DNA of 64,000 nt, from the NCBI GenBank assembly GCA_963514005.1, contig OY740795.1:620001-684000 (forward strand), in the 5' to 3' direction. Both the position numbers and the translations under genes were made by a program. The stretch is from Raja brachyura (lineage: Eukaryota). Below the pieces are notes generated by a model. That model was not told where the DNA came from and searched no databases. It saw nothing but the letters and a program-made list of their open reading frames with translations. This document shows, one piece after another, positions 1-12,897 of the stretch (the first letter of the stretch is position 1; each line of letters starts with the position of its first letter).

Positions 1-897
1 TGGGGAACCGTTCAAATGAACTTTACGGAGCAAACGTTTAACGTGGAGTGCTGGATGTCCTTCAAAGCAGATCCATTCGCAATGATTTGAAGCATTTCGA
101 TAGGCTGTTGAACAAGTAGGATATTCAGGAGTATCAACAGTGCGCGGCCAGATGTCATGTGTTTAACTGGCATCAGGTTCGGCAAAGACATCACTCACTG
201 CTGCCACCACGACAAAGGGCTTCATGGCCGATAAAATTCACTTTTTTTTAAACTATGAAAATGAAGGGATAAGATGACGCCTACAAAACGCTGACGCTCG
301 TGTAATGACTCAATGTACTCGACTATCTTACATTCGTGTTCTTACTAAGATTGTGCCTCATCTATAAATGGATGGTCACAGAACTCTATGTCAAAAAATA
401 AGGACCGGTGCTTTTGCCTTACTGCTGTCTATTCGAAGCTAATGTTAGTGATAGTCTCGCTTCTCATCAATTTGAAGGGACTTTCTTCAATGACTTCCAT
501 ATTATTAGAAACCTTGTGAAAGTCGTGCCATATAACTTTAATTCATTCAATTTTATACAACGACTGGTAAATGTTCATTCCTACGACAGGATGATAACAT
601 CAATAGTTTAAACTATTAATTTTGATCTGAAAATAACGTGGTTTATTTGTCAGAAAAAAAATAGTTAATAGAAGCATGATCCCGGGGGAAACGTCGCCTT
701 CCTCAATTCTCCAGGTGTGATGCCGGACCCGCTAATTAACCCAGTAAATGGTGCTTCTTTAATATTCACTAACGGCAGGATTATGCAATCTGATTGACGC
801 TCCAGGGAGTCACATCAGGTATAAGTAGGCAGATTATTTTACAGGCTGCGGCTTGACTGTTGTGTATTGCGTATGCTCATTTTGTGTATGAAGGAAA

Positions 898-967
898 ATG
901 CACGCGCCGGGAAAAGGCCCGGTATTTGCCGTATATTACACTGCTCTTGCTGTTTTCGGTGTCCCAG
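898..967 (+). CDS. GPR139/GPR142-like class A GPCR, coding exon 1 (MHAPGKGPVFAVYYTALAVFGVP)
   Basis: ATG at 898, 70-nt exon ending CCAG|gtaaat (phase 1), encodes the start of TM1; TATAAG at ~820; splices in frame to exon 2 giving ...FGVPANLMTIVILS, resembling GPR139 TM1. Confidence 0.8.
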
Positions 968-1380
968 GTAAATTACGCGTCTGAATACGTGAACAACTAA
1001 CACTGCTATGCTTGAGTAGTTTTCTGCAATTTATGCTTTTTGATCTTTCTTTTTCAGCCGCCGTATTTTATATTGAAGGTGATATCCTCAAATTCTCACA
1101 TATTTTATCGCTGCGACGTCTGCTTAAAAACTATGAACTTGATCATGTTTCTGATCATGGGGAACAGGTTTATAAATTCGCAACCTTTTCGAACACAAGC
1201 TCTTTTCCTTTCACATCGCTCCCTGAATCCTGCCTGATCAGTGTTCTTAAACAGCTGACTATTATTTTTAATGTTAATGTCATACATATTCATAATATGA
1301 ATATAATATGAATGTCACAATATCATATTATATCATATTATTTTCATAATATTATATTCTAAATATTATATGATTATCAC

Positions 1381-2130
1381 TGTGGCGCCTCGATGGCCGC
1401 CTCGCTTACAGTTTTTCTGTCCTTTTTGTCTTTGCTCTTGTTATTTTTACTGTGTTGAAAAAGTTTGTGTTAATTTTGTTTTATGTTCGGGTTGGGCAGG
1501 GGGCCACGGGGAGAATGTTGTTACATCACCATGCCGGAGATGCGATTCTTTTCCGGGTCGTATCTCCGGTTGCTCTGCGGCCAGACATCGTGGAGCTGGA
1601 GGCCTTGATCGGGACTGACTTTGAGCCCCACCGCGGATCATCGACTTGACATCGGAGCCGATCCTTTGCCTTGGATCGATGCTCCAACGCGGCCTGCGGA
1701 TATATCATCCGCAGCACATGGTCTAGGGTTGAGATCGAATAGGTAGCTCGAAAAGCCACACGACGTTCGACAAACACCGACCCGGGGTCAGATCGCCTGG
1801 CGCGGGGAGCTGACATCCCCCGATGCATGAGCTTGATCGCCCCGACGAGCAGGCCCGCCGCCGGCCACAAGAGGCAAGATCGTCTCGTCAACGGAAGGTT
1901 AGAGGCTCCCGACCGCTGGAGGACAAAAAAGGTAAGAAATTGAACATTTTTCACCTTCAAACACAATGAGGAATGTGGAAGAGGCACCGTGGTGGATGTT
2001 TATGTTAAAATGTATTTCGTGTTTTCGGTTGCTTTGTATTAGTATTACAGTAAGATACATCAAATTCCGCATATGTTGCACAACATACTTGGCAAATAAA
2101 GCATGATTATTATAATTATTATAATAATGA
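1381..2130 (+). mobile_element. Non-autonomous retroposon-like repeat in the GPCR intron, with a GC-rich body and an (ATT)n tail
   Basis: 3' part (cactgtggtggatgtt...aataaa + microsatellite) is shared with repeats at ~20790-21782, 31710-32510 and 41518-41890. Confidence 0.5.
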
Positions 2131-4202
2131 TATTCTTGTTTTTTGTTAATTTGTCTTAAGGCCCCCTGATTCATTCTACGCCCATTCACAAATCAAGAGT
2201 CAGCAGCATAAAAATAGGAACATTTTGTATTGTAAAATGGCACCAATGCTGTCTCCTTAACGAACGTTGTGTAAGAAGACGTTGTTTTAATCGGTTATTA
2301 TTTTTGTGTAGGTTTCTTCGTCGTTTCCCCTCTTCGTGGATGCTCTCGGGGCCACATTTACTGTGCACAGTTTGCGACTATTTGCATCTTGGTTTATATT
2401 TCATCAACCATACTTCGCGCAATTAACAGTCAGCAGAAGAATATATTTGGCAATGCACGCTTCTCAATACGTGTGAAACTATTTACACCGTTTATACATT
2501 ACATTTCATGGATGCTGGAAAAAAAAGTACAAATGCTCATTTCAGGTTGCGCACGATTTTCATGGGCAGAACGGGTTCTCTTTGAAAACGTAATTTTTTA
2601 TTTCGGTTCGTGAACAGATCATGATTGGGAATGATTGCTTCGCTTTCAATCGTCGTGTATTTTATTATGAACGATTGCGTTGGTCCAAGTTACTGGTTAA
2701 TTAATGAGATCAATCCGGCCTGGATTCCCAATTTAGGAATGCAATGTTTAACTGAGATGTTAAAATGTTCCCGTTGATTCCTTGGAAAATCAGTGGGATC
2801 ACCCCAGAATGCCTCCCTAAAATACCCGCCGGCAATTGATCAACCTCTCTCTGTTGATTTCCATTTCCCGGCGCTCACAGTCCTTAACAAATCCACAGAT
2901 ATCATCCACGACTCTTTGAGTCACTGCATTTAGCAAAGTTGCAAAATGTTTAGATTTAAAACATCAAGTCTGCAATTTATCCCATCAGATAAAGCATAAA
3001 ACTAAGTTTAATTTGACACCAAATTCACTTTCATATCTTCAGTATTAAAACAGTTATGGCCATTTAAATTCTTTGAAATTAGTATCTTGTTCCCTATTGC
3101 TTTTCCATTGACTTAACACAAAAGCTATATTCGAGGACAATCAGAAGCTCATAATTGTCTTAACAAATAAGAGAACTGAAATACATTTTCAGTCATTATA
3201 GAGAGAATATGAAACAAATATGAATCCAAATACTTGGATGATCTGGAATTAAATAATATAATTAGTTCATTATCTAATTGTAGGTAATTACAAAATTCAA
3301 TTACTATATCTAAACATCTATCCATTTCTTAAGAAAAAAATAACATTTTTAAATAGCGTTTTAATAAAGTGTCCAAATAGCATTGACACAATAACTCACA
3401 ATATAACACGATGTTTAAATCTCATTGTCATGAATTTATAGGCCAAATTGAATGAATTTAGTGATTAATTCCCGTAAATTAATGGCCATTCATTTTCTTG
3501 CGAGCGGGAGTTTGTGGAACGGGATCGTTTGAAACGTTTTTAATAAACCTCATAGAACGGATGTCGGAGCGATTTCTCTGCAGCAGCTGAACAGACTGAG
3601 AAAGATCGCCTCCGACATGCAGGAGAAAACGGCATTTTATTCCCGTGCTCCGCTATAAGGCGGCATAGTCGCGCACACGGTCAGTGGCAGAATTGCAGCG
3701 CTGCTGAAGGCAAGTTTTATAACATACCTACTGCATTGATTTTAGATCGTTTGGGACTTCTATCCGATTGTGGAAATATGCACTACATTGATTTCATTGG
3801 AAACGTTCTCTGTTTCTATCTTGGTCATACTGAATTCAAAACGAATTTCAATGCAGTCACTTTTTTTGGAACATTGTTTTTAGACAATAGACATTAGATG
3901 CAGTAGTCGGCCATTCGGACGTTCGTGCCAGCACCGCCTCTCACCGCGATCATGGCTGAACAACCACAATCAGTACACCCCAGTACATCCACAATCATGC
4001 CCCTCCCCCCCCTCCCCCCCCAGCCCTCGCTTCCTTTAGCCCCGAGAGCTTTATCTGACGCTCTGCCGAAAGCATCCCGACAATGTCTGGATTATGTTTA
4101 ATTTCCACGCTATGTCTTCCAGTGAATTTCTTCTGCCATGTAGCCCTGCTTCTGGACAGGTTGGTGTAATCATCCGTTCTTCGGTAAATGGTGAATCCGC
4201 AG

Positions 4203-4287
4203 AGCAGGGTGGCTAAGTGGTTAAGGCGTTGGCTTTAAGAACCAATAAACGGAGGTTTACATTTGTTCAGGCGCAATTCCCGGTCAT
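4203..4287 (+). pseudogene. Degenerate tRNA-Leu(TAA)-derived sequence
   Basis: GGTGGCTAAGTGGTTAAGGCGTTGGCTTTAAGAACCAA matches the D arm and anticodon arm of vertebrate tRNA-Leu(TAA); variable-arm hairpin taaac-ggag-gttta; T arm and acceptor stem decayed. Confidence 0.55.
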
Positions 4288-4309
4288 TCAAAGCTATTAC
4301 CTTATTTTC

Positions 4310-4490
4310 GCGGGTTAGATCCTGACTCGTGGTGCAGTTTGTACGGAGTTTGTAGGTTTTACCGTGACCGTGTGGGTTTCTTCCGGGAGCTCTGGTTACC
4401 ACCCACATTCCAAAGATCTACAAATTTCTAGTTTGATGGCTTGGTGGGCCAAAGTTTCTGATTCCCCGTTGTGTTTCTAAACCAAACTGT
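4310..4490 (+). mobile_element. V-SINE (HE1-like) fragment
   Basis: Central-domain-like gtttgtacggagtttgta...gtgggtttcttccgggagctctggtt...cccacattccaaaga; related copies at ~30160-30400 and ~53875-54075 on the - strand. Confidence 0.55.
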
Positions 4491-4992
4491 GGCACATGCT
4501 TGATGAGAGACTGCAACTACCCCAGTATTATGTTTATCATAATTCGGCACTTGAAAACGTTCAGATCAATACCGTTTCACCTTTGCAATCCGATAAAGTG
4601 TCTCTACTCGAAACATCACCCATCCGATCTTTCCAGAGCCGCTGCCTGCCCCGCCGAGTCATTCCAGAAATTCGTGTCTAAACTGAACGACATATGCAAT
4701 GGAAAGATGTTTACATTGAGTTATTCACGTAGCTACATGAACTCGTCAGCAAACGGGTATCCATTGGAAAAAGGCCACATAAACCAATATCTACCCCAGA
4801 AAATACTTACATACTTAAATAAAATTAATAAGTTATTTGCTTTAAATAGATCATTTACTTCATTGACTGATAGAAAATACTTGAAATAATACTTAAAGAA
4901 AATACACATATACTGACCGAAAACTAGGGGGTGGCGAGGCTTGAGAGATTTGTTTTATCACTACTCACAATCTGTCTCCATCTGTCCAACAG

Positions 4993-5912
4993 CGAATTTG
5001 ATGACGATTGTGATACTATCGCAGGGAAGATGTGGGCTCTCAAAATGTATCAGCCGCTATCTGTTGTCAATGGCAGTGATGGACTTCCTAGTCATTGTTG
5101 CGGCAGTAATTTTAAGCCGTCTTCGAGCTATTTATTTCCCCGTCAGCTTACTATCTACCACTCCCGGCTGCAGTCTCGTTATCGCGTTCAGTTGGTTTTC
5201 CAAAGACACTTCCGCCTGGTTAACGGTGGTGTTCACCTTCGATCGTTTCATCGCTATTTGCTGTCCACAACTGAAAGGCCGATATTGCACGGAGAAAATC
5301 GCGACTCTCGTCATCGGAACAGTGTGTGCATTGTACTGTGTAAAAAACATACCTTTCTTTTTTACATATGATCCTGCGTATGTGTTGGATAATATACCTT
5401 GGTACTGCAGCATAAAGGATGAATATTATACTTCACTTGCATGGAAGATATATGACTGGCTGCTATATATGGTAAACCCATGTGTGCCGTTCATGCTAAT
5501 TTTGCTGCTCAATGTTTTGACGGTCAGGCACATTCTCGCGGCCAGTGGAGCCCGCAAGAGGCTGCGAGCTCAGAGCCATGGGGATAAACAGAATGACCCA
5601 GAGATGGAGAGCAGGAAAAAATCCATCATTATACTATTCGCCATTTCGGGCAGTTTCCTGCTCTTGCGATTTACTAATGTTGTGAACTTTGTTATGGTGC
5701 AATTTTCTATCAAAAATTATGCGAACAATTCAAATTCCACCAACCCAATGTTTATACTCCAAGAAAGCGGATACATGATGGAACTTCTCAGTTCATGCAC
5801 CAACACGTGCATCTATGCGGGTACGCAGACTAAATTCAGAGACCAGTTGAAGAATCTGGTCAAATATCCGTTGAAGGTAATTTGCAATCGATTCAAACAA
5901 AGGAACGACTGA
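4993..5912 (+). CDS. GPR139/GPR142-like class A GPCR, coding exon 2; intact gene of ~329 aa with exon 1
   Basis: Acceptor ccaacag|CG at 4993; open frame with the remaining TM helices, TFDRFIAIC (DRY-like) and SCTNTCIY (NPxxY-like) motifs; TGA at 5910-5912; AATAAA at ~5934. Confidence 0.88.
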
Positions 5913-7389
5913 AGTATGTTGTCTCATATTCGTAATAAAAAAGTAGAACGTTAATTGCAAAAGAAGCAGTAGTTGTTTGTTTTATTTTATTTATAGATAC
6001 ACGGTCCACGTTCTGAATGATGAGTACTGTGAATAGTTGGTGCGACGCGGCAATAGTTGGTGCGACGCGAAAGGGTTGTCAGCTCGCTAACATTTACAGA
6101 CAATAGGTGCAGGAGTAGGACAATCGGCCCTGCACCGCCATTCAAACCCCGTTCATGACTTCTCCCCATATACCCTGACTCCGCAATCTAATTAATGATA
6201 TTTTGATGATATTACACCTCGTTCGCTTTCTGTGTGACCTCTGGAACATGAGCAGATGTCGCTTCCCGTGAAATCAAATGTTGTCTACGATTATTATGTC
6301 TTCAATCGAATGAGCAATCATTTCGCTGAAATGTTGACAGATAGACCTGATTTGCCTTAAGACAAGTTGCAGCATAATTAGGTCAGTACTATGGGGTGCA
6401 ATTTGAAAACAGTTTTTAATTAGTATTTCAACATCTAACGATTTGATTGTTGTTTTATTCGAGCTGATCGTCATATTCTAGTCAGGTGGAGGAGATAAGG
6501 ACGGCGAGCTAATGAGAATTTAAATTATAATGGGAGTTGTAAATTTGGTCAAAATGTAAAAGCGAAGCTTGATTAAGGTTCCAAAATATTAATTCAGATG
6601 AGCCCTTTGATGAATATACAAAGCAGGTAAACAGAACTGGAAATTACTCAAGCTATAAGGGGCCATGAAATGGTATTGGCGAGTTTGACCCAAAAGGCTC
6701 CATGGCTATTCAACAGGTACTTTAAAAAATCCAAGAAGTAACCAAGGCGATGTTAGAGCCGATCGAAGGTTAAGAATGTAATTTATGCATGGGGTGAGAG
6801 AATGTGGGTAATGTACAAAATTAAACATTTGCATCGATATTCACGAAGGAGATAGACACGGGGCATAGCGAGAACTGTGGGGAGACTGATCAATGTATTA
6901 GCATTTTTCAGATAGAGGAAGAGTCGTGGATATAGCTCTTGAAGAGAATTGCAGATGTAACTTCGGTTTTCGTTGGGACCCATAGTAGGTCAATGAAGGA
7001 GGGAAAAGCTTGCAGAGGCCTTGGAAAATACATTTGCACCATTACCGACACAGACGAGGATCAGAAGGCTAAACAGGAACCAACTTTCTTCCTTTGTTTA
7101 AGAAATAACCAATGGAATAAAAAAACCTAACCCAAAAACCCAAAACAAAAATCATATAAAGAAAAGATAATTCGCAAATCTCACGTGAGCGTAGGAAATT
7201 CACTAAAATATGGACATTAAAAATTAATCATTAATCATTAACTAGGATGGTGGTGAATCTTTGGGAATCTTTGCCACAAAGGTTGTGGAGGCAAGGTCAG
7301 TGGATATATTTCAGGCAGGTATGAATAGATTGTTGATTAATACGGGGGTCAGATGTTATAAAAACCAAGACAAAGAAACAGAGAAAATA

Positions 7390-9320
7390 AATGCAGGAGT
7401 AGGCCATTCCGGACTTCGAACCGGCATCATCCAAAAATTCGGCCCTTCCAGCCTGCACCGCCATTCAATATGATCATGGCTGATCATCAAACTCAGTATC
7501 CCGTACCTTCCTTCTATCCATACCCTCTGATCCCCTTAGCCACAAGGGCCACATCTAACTCCCTCTTAACTATAGCCAATGAACTGGTCTCAAATACCCT
7601 CTGTGACAGAGCGTTCCAGAGACCCACCACTCTCTGTGTGAAAAAAAAATCCTTCTCATCTCGGTCCTAAAGAATTCCCCCCTCATGCTTAAGCTGTGAC
7701 CCCTTGTCTTGGACCTCCCCAACATCGGGAACAATCTTCCTGTATCTAGCCTGTCCTCCCCTTTAGAATTCTGTATATTTCTATAAGATCCCCTCTCAAT
7801 CTCCTAAATTCTAAAAAGTATAAACCGAGTCTATCCAGTGTTTCTTCATAAGACAGTCCTGACATCCCAGGAATCAATCTGGTGAACCTTTTCTGCACTC
7901 CCTCTATGGCAATAATGTCCTTCCTCAGATTTGGAGACCAGAACTGTACGCAATACTCCAGGTGTGGTCTCACCAAGACCCTATACAACTGAAATCGAAC
8001 CCCCCTGCTCCTATACTGAAATCCTTTGCTATGAAAGCTAACATACCATTCGCTTTCTCCACTGCCTGCTGCACCTGCATGCCTACTTGCAATGACTTGT
8101 GCAACATGACACCCAGGTCGCGCTGCATCTCCTCTTTTCCTAATCGGCCACCATTTAGATAATAGTTTGCTTTCCTGTTTTTGCCACCAAAGTGGATAAC
8201 CTCACATGTATCCACGTTATACTGCATCTGCCAAACATTTGCTCACCCACGCAGCCTATCCAAGTCACCTTGCTTCTCCTGGCATCCTCCTCACAGCTAA
8301 CACTGCCCCTCAGCTTAGTGTCATCCGCAAACTTGGAGATATTGCCTTGAATTCCCTCATCCAGATCATTAATGTATATTCTAAATAGCTGGGGTCCCAG
8401 CACTGAGCTCATCCAGTCACTGCCTGCCATTGTGAAAACGACCCGTTTACTCCTACTCTTTGCTTCCTGTTTGCTATCCACATCAATACTGAACCCCCAA
8501 TGCCGTATGCCTTAAGTTTGTATACTAATCTCTTATTTCTGATTTCTGATTTCTCCCCATGTCCATTTATCCTAAGAGCTGTAGGTAACTCTTTCTTAAA
8601 ACACCCAGACAAATGGAATCCACTGCCTTCTGTGGCACACATTCACAACTCACTGGGTGAAAAGCTTTAACCTCATCTCAGTTCCTCAGTGTTCCTCATG
8701 GCCTACCCTTTGTTCTTCAACAGTGACCCATTTTCTGGACTTCCCCAACATCGGGAGCATTTTTCTTGAATGTGGCCTGTCTAATCTCTCAACAATGTTA
8801 TATGTTTCTATAACATCCCCTCTCATCATTCTAAATTCCAGTGAGTATAAGCTCAGTCGATCCATTCCTTCATTATATGTCCGTCCTGCCATCCCGAAAA
8901 TGAACCTGGTGAACAAACGTTGCATTCGCTCAATCGCATGAACGTCTTTCATCAAATTAGGAGACTAAAACTGCACACAATACTCAAGGTGTGGTCTCAA
9001 CAGGGCCCGGTACAACTGCCGTAGGACCTCTTTGCGTCTATACTCAAATCCTCTGGCTATGAAGGCCGACATGCCTTTTGCTTTCTTCACTGCCTGCTGT
9101 ATCAGCTTGCTTACTTTCAGTGACTGATACACAAGGACAGCATGTCACGTTGCACCTCTCCTTTTCCTAATTTGACACTATTCAGATAATGATTTGCATT
9201 CTTGTTCTTACAGCCAAGGTACATGACCTCACATGTATCCACATGATACTGAATCTGCCATGCAGCTACACGCTCGTCCAACCTATCCAATTCCCCCTGC
9301 ATTCTCATAGCATCCTCGTC
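7390..9320 (-). mobile_element. Two adjacent CR1 LINE 3' fragments
   Basis: Translations YRVLVRPHLEYCVQFWSP, SKFADDTKL and MQYNVDTCEVIHFG; CR1 3' UTR. Confidence 0.85.
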
Positions 9321-9364
9321 GCAACATCTCAGGGGAGAGGAATAGGTGACGATCCTACTTCAAA

Positions 9365-10125
9365 TTCATTATCTGAATGGTGTCTGTTAGGAAAAGTGGA
9401 GGTGCAACGAGACCAGGGTGTGCTTATAGATTGAAATTCACTGAACGTAAGCATGCAGGGACAGCACGCAGTGAATAAGGCTAGTAGCATGTTGGGCTTC
9501 ATTGTCATACGATTTTATTTTAGGAGCAAGGAGGTCCTACTGCAGTTGAATAGTACCCTTGTCAGACCAGATCTGGAATATTGTGTGCAATGTTGGTCTC
9601 CTAATTTGAGGAAGAATATTATTGCTACTGAGGGAGCGTCTGAGATTCACCAGGTTGATTCCCGGAATAGTGGGACTGACAAATGACGAAATAATGGGTC
9701 GACTGGGCTTGTAGTCACTGGAATTTAGAAGGATGAGAGGATATCTTATATAAACACACACAATTCGTAAAGGGTTGGAGAGGCTAGATGCAAGAATCAT
9801 GTTCCCGATATATGGGGAGTCGAAAAACCTGGGTAACGGTTTAGAAATAAGGGATACGACAATTAGGATGAGATGAGGAAAAACGTTCTCGCCCTTAGAG
9901 ATGAGAATCCGTGATTTTCTTTACCGAAGGCAATGGAGGCAAATTCACTTGTTTTTAAGGGAGAATTAGATTTACCTCTTTGGGCTGATGGAATCAATGG
10001 ATATGAGAGGAAAAGCAGGAACGGAGTACTGATTTTAGATAATCAGACATGATCATATTAAATAGCGGTGCTGGCTGAAAGGATTGAAAAGGCCTACACC
10101 TGTACCAATTTTACTATGTTTCTAG
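9365..10125 (+). mobile_element. CR1 LINE 3' fragment
   Basis: LVRPDLEYCVQCWSPNLRK and a CR1 tail (ctatgtttct). Confidence 0.8.
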
Positions 10126-10300
10126 GGTTACACAAGAAGCTGGAGAAACTCAGCGGGTGCAGCAGCATCTAAGTAGCGAAGGAGATAGGCGACGTTTAGG
10201 GTCGAGACCCTTGTTCAGACTGGTCAGGGATCAGGGAAACGAGAGATATAGACAGTGATGTGGAGAGATAAGGAAGCATCTGCAGTTCCTTCTTTAACAT
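10125..10300. repeat. Penelope-type short repeat with a hammerhead-like motif
   Basis: gggttacacaagaagctggagaaactcagcgggtgcagcagcatct...; related copies at ~30780, 44880, 50590, 54455 and 62308. Confidence 0.5.
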
Positions 10301-10319
10301 TACTATGTTTCTATGTGTG

Positions 10320-11480
10320 TGATATATAAGCAATCAACTTGACCACTTTATACATTGTATTGTATTGTATTGTATTGTATTGCTTGGAATTTTAGCTGCG
10401 TCATGCTTGCCCGATTATAGAAAGAATCTGCGGGTTTTTGGGGAGAGTGCGAAAAGGATTTGCAATAATGGTGCCTCAATTAAAATGACATCTGCTCAAG
10501 TACTCATGAGCGGAGGTCAGACAAAGTTGGATTATTTCCAAGAATGTTGGAGATTTTGGAAAACTCGCAACGTAATATAATTTTATGAGAAGCATAGAGA
10601 GCGTAGATCGGCTGAGCCATTTTTTTCCCAGCATGGAAAGATAAAAACTAAAAATCAAAGGTAAATGGGAAAACTTTAAAGTGGATGTGAGACGTTGACA
10701 TGAAGGTAGATGGGTGGTTGTGTACCTTGCTTACAACAGCAATATTTTAGGAGTTCCAGACAGTGAGGTATGCTGTCAGTAAATCCGGAGCGATATGGAG
10801 GAGTTGACGAAATGGATAGAGCAATGGTAAATCAAATTTAACCAGAGCAAGTGCGAAGTGTTGAACATTGGGCGGTTGAATGTAAGGAGAGTGCAGATAT
10901 TAATGAGAACGCTCTTAACATCATTGAGGTGCAGAGGAATGTGACAGTCCACCTTCATACCTCGCAGAGGATGGACGCACTGGTAGGTAAGCTGATAAAG
11001 AAGCTATATTATTTTATTTTTTGCTTGTATGGGCATTGAATATAAGAGTCATGAGGTTATGATGCAGATTTATCGGACTTTAGTTACGCCGCATTCGAAG
11101 TTTCGCCCGCAGCTTTGGTCGGCCATTTACAGGAAAGATTTGGACGTTTTGGAGATGGAGCAAAATTATAGGGCATCAACTACAGGGAGAGGTTCGATAG
11201 ACTTGGATTTTTTTTCTGGTTCGTCGGAATTTGAGAGGTGTCTAGATAGAGGCTAATACAGTTCAAGGATGAAAATGACCAATCCCTGCTTGTAGAAATA
11301 TATGCTGAGTGATTGAAAGTTTAACGGAGATGTGCGGGTACTTTTGTTTTAAACGAGAAAGTGGTGGTGGATTGGATCGCATTGTGAGGGATGGTGGAAT
11401 AAGCAGATTCGACGCTGATGTCTGAAAGCTTTTTGGATTGGCAACATGAAAATGAATAGAGGGTTATGCGCCATGTGGGA
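10320..11480 (+). mobile_element. Old, degraded CR1 fragments
   Basis: GIEYKSHEVMMQIYRTLVTPH-like translation; decayed CR1 RT C-terminus. Confidence 0.6.
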
Positions 11481-12897
11481 GGGCGGCGCATAATCTCTCT
11501 CCTCTTCACCCAAAATCGACTGAATGACTCCTCGATTCGACTCTCTTCCAGCAGCCGGTTATTAAAGTGTGAGTACGCTGACCCAGCACATGTGCGCGCG
11601 AGGATGAAGTCCACTCGCACCACACAGTGGTTCGAGCACGGCACCTGCCCCATAGAGGCCGCCGAGACACGAGGGACATAAACCCCGGAGATGTACATGC
11701 GATCAATACGGGGAAAAACCCCTCAGTTTTCCGCGAAAAAGGATTGGAATCAGGGTGGAGCTGAAAGAAAAATATAAAAGCTTCCTACAACACATTTTCA
11801 ACTTTATTGAGCTGGAAAGAAACTTCCAATTTTTTTTCAAGGGAGGACAGCAAGTTTTAAAAACCCCACGTCGTGCTAGAGTTAATCGGGAGTTTCATAA
11901 TTATTTTCTTGGGAGATGCAATATGCTTTCAATGGGGACAACAGCGGAGAAGGTAGATTTCAGAAACTGATTTCAAGCCATTTGCACTATGGAGGCTGCT
12001 GCATTCAAAGACACGCATGTCGGAAAAGGGACAATTGTTCCGTTGCGATTGTGCCTACTAAATGGAGAGAAATGGTTCACAATTTTCGCCATCACACAGA
12101 ATAGTTTTCGCCATCACACAGAACACAGCTTGTTCAATACACCTACCACCCTTTGTGTGATAATGTTTCCCCACGGATTCCTATTAAATACGTTCCCCTC
12201 CTCCTTGAACCTATGACCTCTGATCGTCGATTCTCTGGGCAAAATATTTCTGGCACATTTCTGCACACGTCGCCTATAGCTTTATTTTCGATGGAAGTGT
12301 TCCGCATACAGAAGGTATATTAAGCACGCTGTCTGTTTGGAACTTTACACAATCTCGACCTTCAGCTGCTAAAACAGCAGATACCCATTAAACCGAAATC
12401 TGGTTCTTTGTGGGTTTTTTAATAAATTATTTTTTGTTGGACGTAAGTAGAGTAAAGTGGTAGCTACGTACCGGATACATTAATACACGTTACCATTATT
12501 GCAAATTTCTTATTTTAATTTAATAATAAAAGAGCAGTGATAGAAAGAGGAAAATAAAGAGTGTCGAGAAAGATAGACAAGAGAGTAGAATCGAATAGCG
12601 AAAGAGACATAAAGCAGATATAAAAAAGCTAAAGGGATTCAAAAAAAGACAATAGAAAGAAAATAAGTTAGATATACCTATTTATTATATTACCCATCCA
12701 TCACCCGGTTCTGAACCATTTAATTTCTAAGGATATGTTATGTTGCACCATATGCTTGTAAGAAGTCGATACAAGGAGACCAAATCTTTAAGAATCTTAG
12801 GTAGAATCCCATTTCTTCAAGATGTAGCGTTTCCGACATATTTGAAATCCACATTTTAAACGTTGGCGTGAGTGCGTTTTTCCAAAATTTAAGTATG

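Noticed and set aside
1-400. Possible coding or V-gene remnant at the window start
   Set aside because: Stops in the frames examined; no Ig motifs or RSS recognised
680-740. Perfect EBF/Olf site TCCCGGGGGA and TAATTA homeodomain site upstream of the GPCR, as in olfactory receptor promoters
   Set aside because: They lie in what looks like a decayed Penelope-type repeat, and short motifs arise by chance; no independent support
4941-4992. ORF-track N-terminus MRDLFYHYSQSVSICPT of the GPCR
   Set aside because: Starts at TTG and is intronic polypyrimidine/acceptor sequence; the real N-terminus is exon 898-967
6280-7140. Possible old L1/Tx1 3' fragment downstream of the GPCR
   Set aside because: Too degraded to support by eye; would need a RepeatMasker or tBLASTn check
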